Assembly (NCBI GenBank): GCA_016875635.1
Contig: VGPD01000007.1
Coordinates: forward strand, 902 to 64,901
Origin: Chloroflexota bacterium
Lineage (GTDB): Bacteria; Chloroflexota; Dehalococcoidia; UBA2979
Reading direction: 5' to 3'
DNA: 64,000 nt
The stretch's first letter is position 1; each line of letters starts with the position of its first letter. The notes under the pieces were generated by a model. That model was not told the DNA's origin, did not search any database, and worked only from the letters and a program-made list of their open reading frames with translations. This document shows, piece by piece, positions 1 through 10,905 of the stretch. The position numbers were made by a program, and so were the translations under genes.

Positions 1-108
1 CGCGAGATCGCGCCAGGGGACGGCACGGGCAGAATTCCCGGTCTATACTTGATTCACCCACCGCGCGACGCCAAGGCACCGGCGTCAGAACGAGACACGT
101 ACGTCCCC

Positions 109-588
109 ATGGGCGAACCAGACCGCCTCGAACGCGAGATCGAAGAGATCCTGGGGAAGATCGAGAACTTCCCGGCGCCTAATTCACGACGCGCCCGGAA
201 ACTCCGCACCCAACCGGTGGCAGATGCGTTCGCGCGACGGGTGCGTGCCGTCGTCCGAGATCTTTCGCGAATCTCGGTCTCCCAGGTGATGCTCTTCTCA
301 TTCCTCATCATCCTTGGCTCATTCTTCTTCCGCGGGGCCGGGGTCGTCACAGCGTGGGCCCTCTACGGTGGGGTCATTCTGCTCATCGTTTCCTTCGCGA
401 TCATGATGTTCGGAAACCGGGGCCGCTTATCCCGCAGCCACCAGAAGACGGTCTGGCGCAGTCGGAATGTGTCGTACGGCACCTATGCACGCCCCACCGT
501 AAGAGGACGTGTCGGCCAGCCCACCCCTACTCTGCTCATCCGGATCCGACGATGGTGGGCCCACCGCATGAATCGCAGTCGCCCGTAG
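109..588 (+). CDS. hypothetical membrane protein (charged N-terminus, two hydrophobic helices, basic tail)
   Basis: ORF 49..588. Hydrophobic stretches VMLFSFLIILGSFFF and ALYGGVILLIVSFAIMMF. ATG 109 is preferred over TTG 49, which overlaps a TATACT hexamer. No family recognised. Confidence 0.45.
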   Translation: MGEPDRLEREIEEILGKIENFPAPNSRRARKLRTQPVADAFARRVRAVVRDLSRISVSQVMLFSFLIILGSFFFRGAGVVTAWALYGGVILLIVSFAIMMFGNRGRLSRSHQKTVWRSRNVSYGTYARPTVRGRVGQPTPTLLIRIRRWWAHRMNRSRP

Positions 589-604
589 ACACCTCGATGC
601 CGGC

Positions 605-1918
605 ATGACCAGGCGCTCTCACCCCGTCATTGTTGTTGTTATGTCTCGATATCTTCTCGCGGCGACCACACTGGTGGCCCTGGTGGTCGTTGCCTGCAGC
701 GAGCAGGAGGCGGCGCCTCAAACAGCAGCGGCCGCCGAAACAGCCGTCGCCGCCAGCGCCTCCCCCTCGCCCGGCGCGAGCGGGACGGCTGCCCCACCGT
801 CGAATGCTGACCCGGACCGCGTCCTCGCCCACCTGAAGGTTCTGGCAGGCGAAATCGGCACCCGTGCCGCCGGTACTGACGGGGAACGGCGCGCCGCTGT
901 CTACATCGCTTCGACCCTCCGTGACGCCGGCTACGCGGTCACGGTCGAGCCCTTCACATTCGACCTGCGATACGACCTCTCTGCGGTTGGGATCCCGAAC
1001 GCCTCGCTGAAAGCCCTGGCGCTCACCGGCTCCCCCGAGGCGGAAGCACGCGGGATCGCCGTCCAGGCCGGCACGGGCCGCCCGGAAGACTTCAGCCTGC
1101 GCGAGGTCCGCGGCAAAGTCGTGGTCGTGGACCGTGGAGGGATCCCCTTCGGCCAGAAGGCCGCGAACGCCCAGGGAGCTGGCGCCGTCGCCCTCATCGT
1201 CGTGAACAATGAGGGCGGCGCTTTCAGAGGGACGCTGGGCGATGTGAAAGTCTCGATCCCGGTGGTGAGCGTGGAACACGCGGAACGTGCACGACTCGCG
1301 GACCTCGCTCAGGCCGGTTCGACCCTGACCGTCACCGCCGCTGCCGGCTCGAAGCAGACGCCCTCGCAGAACGTCGTCGGCCGCACCGGCGACAAGTGCG
1401 AGGCCTACCTGGGGGCGCACTACGACAGCGTGCCGGAGGGCCCCGGCGCGAACGACAACGCGAGCGGGACGGCGATGATCCTCGAACTCGCGCGCGCGAA
1501 CCGACGTCCCGGCCTCTGCGTGATCGCCTTCGGCGCGGAGGAATACGGGCTTTGGGGTTCGCAGTCCTTCGTGAAGCAGCATCCGACGACGGGTGTGCGC
1601 TTCCTGCTCAACTTCGACATGGTCGGCAAGATCACCGGCGCCCAGATCGTGGGGGACCCGGCGCTGCAGGAGAAGGTACTCGGACTGCTCAAGCAGGCCG
1701 GTAAGACAGGATTCCGCGCGGGGCAGTTCCCCCCGTTTGCCTCCTCCGACCACGCCTCGTTTGTCTCCGCGGGCGTCCCGGCGGTCACATTTCACTCCGG
1801 CGACGATCCCCTGATTCACGATCCGCGAGATACGACCGCGAACGTCGACCGAGCATCCATCGAAACCATGCTCATGGCAGGCGACATCGCTGTCGACGGA
1901 CTCATACCCGTCCGGTAG
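605..1918 (+). CDS. M28-family aminopeptidase with PA domain, probable lipoprotein
   Basis: Lipobox-like LVVVAC. M28 metal-ligand motifs GAHYDSV, GANDNASGTA, EEYGLWGS and SDHASF. Confidence 0.85.
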   Translation: MTRRSHPVIVVVMSRYLLAATTLVALVVVACSEQEAAPQTAAAAETAVAASASPSPGASGTAAPPSNADPDRVLAHLKVLAGEIGTRAAGTDGERRAAVYIASTLRDAGYAVTVEPFTFDLRYDLSAVGIPNASLKALALTGSPEAEARGIAVQAGTGRPEDFSLREVRGKVVVVDRGGIPFGQKAANAQGAGAVALIVVNNEGGAFRGTLGDVKVSIPVVSVEHAERARLADLAQAGSTLTVTAAAGSKQTPSQNVVGRTGDKCEAYLGAHYDSVPEGPGANDNASGTAMILELARANRRPGLCVIAFGAEEYGLWGSQSFVKQHPTTGVRFLLNFDMVGKITGAQIVGDPALQEKVLGLLKQAGKTGFRAGQFPPFASSDHASFVSAGVPAVTFHSGDDPLIHDPRDTTANVDRASIETMLMAGDIAVDGLIPVR

Positions 1919-1947
1919 GTTGCTGCGGTTGTCCCGCATCTGCGCCG

Positions 1948-2580
1948 GTGCCTACGATGCGAGGGCGCATGCTGACACGCCAACATCTTCGCCGCCCCGT
2001 GCTCATCGCACCGCTCGTCCTCGCGGTGTTGCTCTCGGCGGCCTGCGGAAAGACTGACCCGGCGCCGCCGCCGGGCCTGCCTACGGCATCCCCGCTCGCG
2101 ACGGTGCCGGAGCCGACGATCGTCCCCGCCGGATCGCGAACGCCCAACGGGGGCACCTCGACCTCGACCCCCGTGCCGACAACGACCGCGACGGCGACAC
2201 CAACCGCTGAAACGACCTACACAGTGGTCGCCGGGGACGCGATGTCGCTGATCGCGCAGCGGTTCGCGACAACCGCCGCGGCGATCCGTGCAGCGAACAA
2301 CCTGCCCAACGACGATGTACGCATCGGGCAGATCCTGAAGATCCCCCGTCCGGCCACCGGGACAGCCCCCACCCCGGGGCCCACGGTCGGCCCCCCGAGG
2401 CCCACCCCGCCACCGGTCACGGCTGATTCTTACGTCGTGAAGCCTGGCGACACCGCCTTCGGAATCGCGCTGGAATTCCAGGTCACCCTTGCGGAATTGG
2501 AGCAGATCAACGGCCTCCCCCCGGGCGGGCTGAACAACATCAAGGCTGGTGAGACAATCCGAGTCCCGAAACCGCGGTAG
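1948..2580 (+). CDS. LysM-domain lipoprotein (two LysM repeats, Thr/Pro-rich linkers)
   Basis: Lipobox LLSAAC. Two LysM units: YTVVAGDAMSLIAQRF...GQILKIP and YVVKPGDTAFGIALEF...GETIRVP. Confidence 0.85.
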   Translation: MPTMRGRMLTRQHLRRPVLIAPLVLAVLLSAACGKTDPAPPPGLPTASPLATVPEPTIVPAGSRTPNGGTSTSTPVPTTTATATPTAETTYTVVAGDAMSLIAQRFATTAAAIRAANNLPNDDVRIGQILKIPRPATGTAPTPGPTVGPPRPTPPPVTADSYVVKPGDTAFGIALEFQVTLAELEQINGLPPGGLNNIKAGETIRVPKPR

Positions 2581-2698
2581 AACCTGAGTCTGCGGATACT
2601 CGGACGCACCTGAATCTGAACCTGCGGATTTTCCGCAACTGAGGCGGCCAGATACGATGCCGCGTGGCCCCTCGCAGGGGTGTGGGGAGACCGCCCGG

Positions 2699-4243
2699 AT
2701 GACATTGATCGAACAGGCCCTGAATGACCTGACGCGGCTGAAGGCGAGCGCGGCGCTTGGCGGCGGCCCGGAGCGAGTCGAGGCGCAGCACGCCCGCGGG
2801 AAGATGACCGCCCGCGAGCGCATCGCGACGCTGGTCGACCCCGGCACCTTCGAGGAGATCGACGCGCTGGCCGCCGACTGGAACGATGAGGACGGCGAGC
2901 GGTTCTACGGCGATGCTGTCGTCACCGGCTGGGGCAAGATCGACGGACGTACTGCCTGCGTCTTCGCTCAGGACTTCACGGTGTATGGCGGTTCGCTCGG
3001 CGAAGTCGTCGGGATGAAGATCGCCAAGTTGATGGACGTCGCGATGAAATCCGGCGTCCCGATCGTCGGTCTGAACGACTCGGGCGGCGCGCGCATCCAG
3101 GAAGGCGTCTCGTCGCTGGGTGGGTACGGCGAGATCTTCTACCGGAACGTGCAGGCCTCCGGCGTCATCCCGCAAATCAGCGTGATCCTCGGGCCCTGTG
3201 CAGGCGGGGCCGTCTACTCGCCGGCACTGACCGATTTCATCTTCATGGTCGAGAAGACCAGCCAGATGTTCCTGACCGGCCCGGACGTCATCCTCTCCGT
3301 CACGGGCGAGCAGACGACCGTCGAGGAACTCGGTGGCGCGGCATCGCACGTCTCGAAGTCTGGCGTGGCGCATTTCTCGTTCAAGGACGAGCAGGAGTGC
3401 CTCGAGGAAGTCCGGCGCCTGCTCTCCTACCTCCCACAGAACAACATGGACGACGCGCCCTCGCAGGACACCGGCGACCCGATTGACCGGCGCCTCGACG
3501 ACATCATGAGCATCGTCCCCGGCGCCTCCGACAAGCAGTACGACGTCCGTGACGTGATCGAACGGCTCGTCGACAACGGCGAGTTGATGGAAGTGCACGA
3601 ATACTTCGCGCCGAACATCGTGTGTGGCCTGGGGCGGATCGGCGGCGCGGCGATCGGGATCGTCGCCAACCAGCCGCTCTACCTCGGGGGCGTGCTGGAC
3701 ATCGACTCCTCGCGCAAGGCGGCGCGGTTCGTGCGCTTCTGCGACTCGTTCAACATTCCGATCGTGACGCTGGTCGACGTGCCGGGCTTCCTGCCGGGCG
3801 TGTCGCAGGAGTACGGCGGGATCATCTCCCACGGGGCGAAACTCGTGTACGCATACGCGGCCGCGACGGTACCGAAGGTCACGGTGATCCTGCGGAAGGC
3901 GTTTGGCGGCGCATACGACGCGATGGGCTCCAAGCACCTGGGCGCGGATGTGAACTACGCTTGGCCCACGGCGGCCATCGCGGTCATGGCCGGAAGCCAG
4001 GCGGTGAACATCGTCAGCCGGCGCGAGATCGCCTCGGCGGCCGACCCGGACGCTGAGCGCAAGCGCCTCATCGACGAGTACGCCCAGCGGCTGGAGCACC
4101 CCTACATCGCGGCGGCCAAGGGCTACATCGACGACGTGATCGACCCTCGAGACACCCGCCTGAAGGTCGCCCACGCGCTGGAGATGCTCCGCACGAAGTC
4201 GGTCCAGGTGCCCGGCAAGAAGCACGGGAACATCCCCCTGTAG
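2699..4243 (+). CDS. pccB: acyl-CoA (propionyl/methylmalonyl-CoA) carboxylase carboxyltransferase beta subunit
   Basis: Full-length similarity to carboxyltransferase beta chains (GKMTARERI, SGGARIQEG, GPCAGGAVYSPALTDF, AFGGAYDAM). Start moved from 2657 to ATG 2699 (MTLIEQ...). Confidence 0.85.
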   Translation: MTLIEQALNDLTRLKASAALGGGPERVEAQHARGKMTARERIATLVDPGTFEEIDALAADWNDEDGERFYGDAVVTGWGKIDGRTACVFAQDFTVYGGSLGEVVGMKIAKLMDVAMKSGVPIVGLNDSGGARIQEGVSSLGGYGEIFYRNVQASGVIPQISVILGPCAGGAVYSPALTDFIFMVEKTSQMFLTGPDVILSVTGEQTTVEELGGAASHVSKSGVAHFSFKDEQECLEEVRRLLSYLPQNNMDDAPSQDTGDPIDRRLDDIMSIVPGASDKQYDVRDVIERLVDNGELMEVHEYFAPNIVCGLGRIGGAAIGIVANQPLYLGGVLDIDSSRKAARFVRFCDSFNIPIVTLVDVPGFLPGVSQEYGGIISHGAKLVYAYAAATVPKVTVILRKAFGGAYDAMGSKHLGADVNYAWPTAAIAVMAGSQAVNIVSRREIASAADPDAERKRLIDEYAQRLEHPYIAAAKGYIDDVIDPRDTRLKVAHALEMLRTKSVQVPGKKHGNIPL

Positions 4244-4476
4244 GCGGCTGAGGGGCCTCCCGGCGGCCTCCCCGGTCCGCGCGCCGCTATCCGCCGCGGG
4301 CGGTATACTCCGGCCGCCGCACGGCATGCCCCATTCCCGGGCCCAACGGGCCGCCTCGCGTGACGTCGCGCGGCGGCAGTCGCGGGAAGGGGGCCGCGTC
4401 CGCCTCCTGACCCCGTCAGGGCGAGGTGTGCGCGGCGACCAGAGGGCCGCTTCAGCCTCGTCGGAGGAGCGCCCCT

Positions 4477-5694
4477 ATGGCCAAGATCGCAGTGAAGAAC
4501 GCCGTCGCCGAACTCGACGGCGACGAGATGACCCGCATCATCTGGGGGTTCATCAAGGATCGGCTGATCCTCCCCTACATCGACATCAAACTCGAGTACT
4601 ACGACCTGAGCATCCAGTACCGTGACCAGACCAACGACCAGGTCACCGTAGACGCGGCGAACGCGATCAAGCGGCTGGGCGTGGGTGTGAAGTGCGCCAC
4701 CATCACCCCCGACGAGGCGCGCGTCGAGGAGTTCGGGCTGAAGGAGATGTGGAAGTCCCCCAACGGGACGATCCGCAACATCCTGGGCGGCACCGTCTTT
4801 CGCGAGCCGATCATCTGCACGAACATCCCGCGCCTCATCCCGGGCTGGACCGAGCCGATCGTCATCGGCCGCCACGCCTACGGCGACCAGTACCGCGCCA
4901 CCGACGTGAAGCTGAAGGGCGCCGGGACGCTCTCCATGACCTTCGCACCCGCGGACGGCAGCGCGCCGCAGACGTGGGAGGTCATGAAGTTCACCGACGA
5001 CGCCATCGCGATGGCGATGTACAACACGGACGAGTCGATCCGCGGGTTCGCACAGGCGTGCTTCAACTACGCCCTGCAGCGCAACTACCCGATGTATCTC
5101 TCCACGAAGAACACGATCCTGAAAGCCTACGACGGCCGCTTCAAGGACATCTTTGAAGAGGTCTACAACCAGGAGTTCAAGGCGCGGATGGACGCGCAGA
5201 AGCTCACCTACGAGCACCGGCTGATCGACGACATGGTCGCCTCCGTCCTCAAGTGGAGCGGCGGGATCGTCTGGGCGTGCAAGAACTACGACGGCGACGT
5301 CCAGTCGGACATCGTCGCGCAGGGTTTCGGGTCGCTGGGCATGATGTCGTCTGTCCTCCTGACCCCGGACGGCGCCACCGTCGAGGCCGAGGCGGCGCAC
5401 GGCACGGTCACGCGCCACTACCGCGAACATCAGGCTGGGCGCGCCACCTCCACCAACCCGATCGCCTCGATCTTCGCGTGGACCCGCGGCCTCGCGCACC
5501 GGGCCAAGCTCGACGACAACCGCGACCTCGCGGCGTTCGCGGCGGCGCTGGAGAAAGTCTGCATCGCCACGGTAGAGGGGGGCCAGATGACAAAGGACCT
5601 CGCGATCCTCGTCGGGCCTGACCAGCCGTGGCTCACCACCCAGGAGTTCCTGGCGGCGCTGGACACCAACCTCCAGGCCGCGATGAAGGCGTAG
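4477..5694 (+). CDS. icd: NADP-dependent isocitrate dehydrogenase, eukaryote-like homodimeric type
   Basis: [23 protein letters not shown]... is typical of IDH1/2-like enzymes. GGAGG-type SD precedes ATG 4477. About 405 aa. Confidence 0.9.
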   Translation: MAKIAVKNAVAELDGDEMTRIIWGFIKDRLILPYIDIKLEYYDLSIQYRDQTNDQVTVDAANAIKRLGVGVKCATITPDEARVEEFGLKEMWKSPNGTIRNILGGTVFREPIICTNIPRLIPGWTEPIVIGRHAYGDQYRATDVKLKGAGTLSMTFAPADGSAPQTWEVMKFTDDAIAMAMYNTDESIRGFAQACFNYALQRNYPMYLSTKNTILKAYDGRFKDIFEEVYNQEFKARMDAQKLTYEHRLIDDMVASVLKWSGGIVWACKNYDGDVQSDIVAQGFGSLGMMSSVLLTPDGATVEAEAAHGTVTRHYREHQAGRATSTNPIASIFAWTRGLAHRAKLDDNRDLAAFAAALEKVCIATVEGGQMTKDLAILVGPDQPWLTTQEFLAALDTNLQAAMKA

Positions 5695-5772
5695 AGCCCG
5701 GGCACGCGGTAGCACAGAAGCGCGACCTCGGCGGAACGTTTCCGACGCGAGGCTGCGGAGAAGGGAATCTCG

Positions 5773-6705
5773 ATGCGCCAGAAAGTGACGATCGTCGGCG
5801 CCGGCAACACCGGAGCCACGATGGGCCAGATCCTTGCGGCCCGCGGTTATGCGGATGTGGTGCTGATCGACATCGTGGAGGGCCTGCCCCAGGGGAAAGC
5901 CCTCGACATCGCGGAGTCCGCGCCGTGGTCCCGTACCTCGGCATCCATCCGGGGTACGAACGACTGGGCTGAGACCGCCGGATCCGAGGTGGTGGTGATC
6001 ACCTCGGGTGTCGCACGCAAGCCGGGGATGACGCGCGAGGACCTGCTCAGCGTCAACGCCGGTATCGTGCGGTCGGTCGTCGCCCTGGCCGCGAAGCACT
6101 CACCCAACGCCACACTGGTGATCTTCGCCAACCCGATGGACGCGATGTGCCATGTCGCCATCGAGGCCTCCGGGTTCCCAAGGGAGCGTGTCGTCGGCCA
6201 GGGCGGCATGCTTGACACCGCCCGCTACCGCACGTTCATCGCAATGGAGACGAAGACCTCTGTCAAGGACGTCTCGGCATGGGTCCTCGGCGGCCACACC
6301 GAGGCGACGATGGTTCCGCTGATCTCGAACGCGACCGTCGGCGGAGTACCGCTGGCGCAGTTGTTACCGGCGGCGCAGGTCGAGGCCGTAGCGAACCGCG
6401 CGAAGCGCGGGGGCGCGGAGATCGTGGACCTGCTGAAGACAGGATCGGCGTTCGTCGCGCCGGCGGTCGCCACCATCGAGATGGTGGACTCCATCCTGCT
6501 CGACGAGCAGCGGATCATCCCCTGCTGCGCGCTGCTGGACGGCCAGTGGGGCATCATGGACGCCTTCGTCGGCGCCCCGGTGCGCCTCGGCAAGGGCGGC
6601 ATCCAGCAGGTGTTCGAGATCCCCGTCTCCAATGCGGAGCGCGAGGCGATCGTCGCGGCTGGCGTCGCCGTGAAGGAACTGGTCGCCGCGACCCCGAAGG
6701 GCTAA
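5773..6705 (+). CDS. mdh: malate dehydrogenase (LDH-like family)
   Basis: Rossmann motif IVGAGNTG. The substrate loop [12 protein letters not shown] carries Arg, as in MDH rather than LDH. Confidence 0.9.
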   Translation: MRQKVTIVGAGNTGATMGQILAARGYADVVLIDIVEGLPQGKALDIAESAPWSRTSASIRGTNDWAETAGSEVVVITSGVARKPGMTREDLLSVNAGIVRSVVALAAKHSPNATLVIFANPMDAMCHVAIEASGFPRERVVGQGGMLDTARYRTFIAMETKTSVKDVSAWVLGGHTEATMVPLISNATVGGVPLAQLLPAAQVEAVANRAKRGGAEIVDLLKTGSAFVAPAVATIEMVDSILLDEQRIIPCCALLDGQWGIMDAFVGAPVRLGKGGIQQVFEIPVSNAEREAIVAAGVAVKELVAATPKG

Positions 6706-6709
6706 TCCG

Positions 6710-8095
6710 ATGGCGATGCGTACCGAAACCGACACGTTCGGCCCGATCGAGGTCCCCGGGGACAGGTACTGGGGCGCGCAGACGCAGCGTTCCCTGGAGA
6801 ACTTCAAGATCGGCATCGAGCGGATGCCCCGCCCGCTGATCCGCGGCATGGGCATCGTGAAGTACTGCTCCGCCGAGGTGAACGAAGACCTCGGCAAGAT
6901 CGACGCGGAACGCGCCGGCGCGATGAAGCGCGCGGCACAGGAAGTGATCGAGGGCGTCCTCGACGACCACTTCCCGCTCGTCGTCTGGCAGACCGGCTCC
7001 GGCACGCAGAGCAACATGAATGTGAATGAGGTCATCTCGAACCGCGCCATCGAGATGATGGGCGGCGTGATGGGGTCGAAACAGCCCGTCCATCCGAACG
7101 ACCACGTCAACATGTCGCAGTCCTCAAACGACACCTTCCCCGGCGCGATGAGCGTGGCGGCGGCCGAGCAGATCGCGCACCACCTGATCCCCGCCCTCGC
7201 CTACCTCCGCGACGCGCTCGCGGTTAAGATGCGCGAATTCGACAGCATCGTGAAGATCGGCCGCACTCACCTGATGGACGCGGTGCCGCTGACGCTGGGC
7301 CAGGAGTTCTCCGGCTACGTCCAGCAGGTCACCTACGGCATCGCGCGCGTCGAGTCCGTCCTGCCGCGACTGTACGAGCTGGCGCTCGGCGGCACCGCCG
7401 TCGGCACCGGACTGAACACCCACCCGGAGTACGCCGTGCGTGTGGCGGAGAAGATCCGCGCGTACACGGGGCTGCCCTTCGTCACCGCGCCGAACAAGTT
7501 CGAGTCGCTGGCCGCACACGACGCGCAGGTCGAGCTCGCCGGCCAGTTGAACACGATCGCGACGTCGCTGATGAAGATCGCCAATGACATTCGCATGCTC
7601 GGCTCTGGCCCGCGCGCGGGCCTCGGGGAGTTGATGCTGCCGGAGAACGAGCCGGGGTCCAGCATCATGCCGGGCAAGGTGAACCCCACCCAGTCCGAGG
7701 CAATGACGATGGTCTGCGCGCAGGTGATGGGCAACGCGGTCAGCGTCTCCATCGGTGGCGCCACCGGCCACTTCGAACTCAACGTCTTCAAGCCGGTGAT
7801 CGTCTACAACAACCTGCAAAGCATCCGCCTGCTGGGCGACGCAGCGCGGTCGTTCACGGACAACTGCGTCGTGGGCATCGAGGCGAACGAGCGCCGCATC
7901 CGTGAACTCATGGAGTCCTCGCTGATGCTGGTGACCGCGCTCAACCCGCACATCGGCTACGACAATGCGGCCAAGATCGCGAAGAAGGCACACCACGAGG
8001 GCACCACGCTCCGCGAGGCGGCCCTGTCGCTCGGCCTTGTCACGGACGAGCAGTTTCGCGAGTGGATCAAGCCCGAGGCGATGACGCGGCCGTAG
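6710..8095 (+). CDS. fumC: class II fumarate hydratase
   Basis: Signature [16 protein letters not shown]. Full-length fumarase/aspartase family architecture. Confidence 0.95.
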   Translation: MAMRTETDTFGPIEVPGDRYWGAQTQRSLENFKIGIERMPRPLIRGMGIVKYCSAEVNEDLGKIDAERAGAMKRAAQEVIEGVLDDHFPLVVWQTGSGTQSNMNVNEVISNRAIEMMGGVMGSKQPVHPNDHVNMSQSSNDTFPGAMSVAAAEQIAHHLIPALAYLRDALAVKMREFDSIVKIGRTHLMDAVPLTLGQEFSGYVQQVTYGIARVESVLPRLYELALGGTAVGTGLNTHPEYAVRVAEKIRAYTGLPFVTAPNKFESLAAHDAQVELAGQLNTIATSLMKIANDIRMLGSGPRAGLGELMLPENEPGSSIMPGKVNPTQSEAMTMVCAQVMGNAVSVSIGGATGHFELNVFKPVIVYNNLQSIRLLGDAARSFTDNCVVGIEANERRIRELMESSLMLVTALNPHIGYDNAAKIAKKAHHEGTTLREAALSLGLVTDEQFREWIKPEAMTRP

Positions 8096-8104
8096 GTCTG
8101 GCGG

Positions 8105-8305
8105 TCAGTTGCGGCGGGCCGAGTGCCGCTGCTCCCACGCGAGGAAGAAGCCGACCGTCAGGCCAGCGGCGACGCCAAGCGCCAGGCTGGCGAACGCAAA
8201 GGCGACGGCGATCCCCACAGCGGCGCCAGCCACCACGGGCGCCCAGTATCCCGGCAGATGGATCCGTTGCCCGCGCCGGCGAGACTCCGGACCACGCCTC
8301 GACAT
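8105..8305 (-). CDS. small hydrophobic protein, 66 aa, directly downstream of sdhB
   Basis: High GC3 in this frame. Single or double TM segment WAPVVAGAAVGIAVAFAFASLALGVAAGLTVGFFLAW. Lies 33 nt after the sdhB stop on the same strand. Confidence 0.4.
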   Translation of the reverse strand: MSRRGPESRRRGQRIHLPGYWAPVVAGAAVGIAVAFAFASLALGVAAGLTVGFFLAWEQRHSARRN

Positions 8306-8337
8306 ATGCGGCGGCCCGCCGAACCGCTGGGTGAGAG

Positions 8338-9081
8338 CTACTTCTTGCCGAAGAGTTTCCGGCCGATCGCGCGGATCGGGTCGTAGTACTCATCCACCCG
8401 ACGCTCTTTGAGCGGGATGATCGCGTTGTCCGTGATGTGGATGCCTTCCGGACAGACATCGGTGCAGCACTTGGTGATGTTGCAGTAGTCGAGACCAAAA
8501 CCGTGGGCCACGGTGGCCGACTTCGGGTTCTGGTCCAGCGGGTGCATCGCCACGTTCGCCAGTTGCACGAAGAAACGCGGGCCCGCGAAGTTTCCCTGGT
8601 TTTCCGGGTGGTCACGGATGACGTGGCATACGTCCTGGCAGATGTAGCACTCGATGCACTTGCGGAACTCTTGCTCGCGGTCGATGTCGATCTGCTGCAT
8701 CCGCCGGTGGCCTGACGCGTCCGGACCACTGAGCTTCAGCTCCGGCATCGTCTCCGCCACGCGGTAGTTCCATGAGACGTCCGTGACCAGGTCGCGGATG
8801 ATGGGGAACGTCTTCAGCGGCGCGATGGTGATCGTCTCACCGTCGATGAAGGTGCCCATGCGGGTCATGCACTGGAGCTTCGGCTTGCCGTTGATCTCCG
8901 CGCTGCAGGAGCCGCACTTGCCGGCCTTGCAGTTCCAGCGGATCGCGAGGTCGCCCGCCTGCGTCGCCTGCAAGCGATGCACGACGTCCAGCACCACCAT
9001 GCCTTCTTCGTACTCGACGTCGTACTCGACGTACTGGCCGCTGTCGTCGCCACGCCAGACCTTCAGATGTGCTTTCGGCAT
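8338..9081 (-). CDS. sdhB: succinate dehydrogenase/fumarate reductase iron-sulfur subunit
   Basis: 2Fe-2S motif CKAGKCGSCSAEINGKPKLQC. Cys clusters CIECYICQDVC and CNITKCCTDVCP. Confidence 0.92.
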   Translation of the reverse strand: MPKAHLKVWRGDDSGQYVEYDVEYEEGMVVLDVVHRLQATQAGDLAIRWNCKAGKCGSCSAEINGKPKLQCMTRMGTFIDGETITIAPLKTFPIIRDLVTDVSWNYRVAETMPELKLSGPDASGHRRMQQIDIDREQEFRKCIECYICQDVCHVIRDHPENQGNFAGPRFFVQLANVAMHPLDQNPKSATVAHGFGLDYCNITKCCTDVCPEGIHITDNAIIPLKERRVDEYYDPIRAIGRKLFGKK

Positions 9082-9085
9082 GGCG

Positions 9086-10873
9086 CTACTCCTCGAACAG
9101 CTTCTTCAGTTCGTCGGGCATCACGGGCAGCGGCTCCTGGGCGACACTGACGGCCGAGCCGCGGAGCCGGACGACCACGTTCACCTGGCTGAACTCGCCG
9201 CTGGTACTCGGGAAATCGTCGCGGGTGTGACCGCCGCGGCTCTCCTTGCGCTCGATCGCGGCCATGGTGATGGCCTCCGACACGCACAGCATATGCTCCA
9301 TGTCCAGCGCGAGGTGCCAGCCCGTGTTGTACTGGATGTGGCCTTCCACCTGCACACGCGACAGGCGATCCTTCAACTCCGCGATCTTCACCAACGCCTG
9401 GCGCATCTCGCTGTCGGTGCGGATGATGCCCACGTTCACATGCATGCACTCTTGGAGTTCACGATGGAGCGTGTACGGGTTCTCCTGTCCGCCCTCGAAC
9501 GGCTTCAGGATCGAGGCGGAGCGCTCGGCGATCGCGCCTTGATCCACGGACGGCTGGCCGGTGAGGCCGAGCGCGTACTTCGCCGCGCTCTCGCCGGCGC
9601 GCCGGCCGAAGACGACGAGGTCGGACAGCGAGTTGCCGCCCAGACGGTTCGAGCCATGCATGCCGCCGGCCACCTCGCCCGCGGCGTACAGGCCCGGGAC
9701 GGTCGAGGCCGCCGTCTCCGCATCCACGCGGACGCCGCCCATCGCGTAGTGCGCGGTCGGGCCAATCTCCATCGGCTCCTTCGTGATGTCCACGCCAGCC
9801 AGTTGCATGAACTGGTGGTACATCGACGGCAACCGACGCTTGATGTAGTCCGCGCTGCGTCGCGAGGCGATGTCCAGGAAGACGCCACCATGCGCCGTGC
9901 CACGGCCCGCCTTGACCTCAGAGTTGATCGCGCGGGCGACCTCGTCGCGGGGGAGTAGGTCCGGCGTCCGCCGGGCGTTGACCTTATCGTCGTACCAGCG
10001 GTCCGCCTCCGCCTCCGTGTCGGCCGTCTCCGCCGCGAACATCGGCGGGATGTAGTTGAACATGAACCGCTCACCGCTGGTGTTCTTCAGCGTGCCGCCG
10101 TCTCCGCGGACGCCTTCCGTCACCAGGAGGCCGCGCACAGACGGCGGCCAGACCATCCCGGTGGGATGGAACTGCACGAACTCCATATCGATCATGTCTG
10201 CGCCGGCCTGCATCGCGAGCGAGTGGCCGTCGCCCGTGCCCTCCCATGAGTTGGAGGTGATCGAATACACCTTCCCGAGGCCGCCGGTCGCGATCACAAC
10301 CGCCTTCGCACGGAACAGGACCATCCGGCCGGATTCGCGCCAGTAGCCGAGCGCGCCCGATATCCGGTCGCCGTCCTTCAACAGACGGTTGACCGTGCAC
10401 TCCTGGTGGACCTCGATGCCCCGATGCACCGCATGCTGCTGGAGCGTGCGGATCATCTCGAGGCCGGTACGGTCGCCGACGTGCGCCAGGCGCGCGTAAC
10501 GGTGGCCGCCGAAGTCGCGCTGCAGGATACGGCCGTCTGGAGTGCGATCGAAGAGGGCGCCCCACTCCTCGAGTTCCTTCACGCGGTCAGGGGCCTCCTG
10601 GGCGTGGATCTGGGCCATGCGCCAGTTGTTCAACATCTTGCCGCCGCGCATCGTGTCGCGGAAATGGACCTGCCAGTTGTCCTCCGAGTAGACGTTGCCC
10701 ATCGCGGCGGCGATGCCGCCCTCAGCCATGACGGTGTGCGCCTTGCCGAGGAGCGACTTGCATACCAACCCGGTCCGCGCGCCCAGCGCGGAGGCCTCAA
10801 CGGCCGCGCGCAGTCCCGCGCCACCCGCGCCAATGACCAGCACGTCGTATTCGTGGGTCTCGATATCCGCCAT
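9086..10873 (-). CDS. sdhA: succinate dehydrogenase/fumarate reductase flavoprotein subunit
   Basis: FAD motif DVLVIGAGGAGLRAA, plus HPTG and HYAMGG. Start moved to ATG 10873 (MADIETHEY), which lies after the sdhC stop. Confidence 0.92.
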   Translation of the reverse strand: MADIETHEYDVLVIGAGGAGLRAAVEASALGARTGLVCKSLLGKAHTVMAEGGIAAAMGNVYSEDNWQVHFRDTMRGGKMLNNWRMAQIHAQEAPDRVKELEEWGALFDRTPDGRILQRDFGGHRYARLAHVGDRTGLEMIRTLQQHAVHRGIEVHQECTVNRLLKDGDRISGALGYWRESGRMVLFRAKAVVIATGGLGKVYSITSNSWEGTGDGHSLAMQAGADMIDMEFVQFHPTGMVWPPSVRGLLVTEGVRGDGGTLKNTSGERFMFNYIPPMFAAETADTEAEADRWYDDKVNARRTPDLLPRDEVARAINSEVKAGRGTAHGGVFLDIASRRSADYIKRRLPSMYHQFMQLAGVDITKEPMEIGPTAHYAMGGVRVDAETAASTVPGLYAAGEVAGGMHGSNRLGGNSLSDLVVFGRRAGESAAKYALGLTGQPSVDQGAIAERSASILKPFEGGQENPYTLHRELQECMHVNVGIIRTDSEMRQALVKIAELKDRLSRVQVEGHIQYNTGWHLALDMEHMLCVSEAITMAAIERKESRGGHTRDDFPSTSGEFSQVNVVVRLRGSAVSVAQEPLPVMPDELKKLFEE

Positions 10874-10905
10874 TTCGCCTCCGGGACCTGCGCCAGGCGC
10901 GTCCG

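Noticed and set aside
536-6099. Very long antisense ORFs in the track (for example 536..1939 -, 2540..4327 -, 4123..6099 -). The same kind occur at 22100..24061 +, 31596..32543 +, 46122..48374 -, 49291..50700 - and 58978..60648 +.
   Set aside because: These are shadow ORFs typical of high-GC DNA. Their translations are Arg/Gly/Pro/His-rich low-complexity sequence. GC3 is maximal in the opposite-strand frame, and that opposite frame encodes recognisable conserved proteins in every case.
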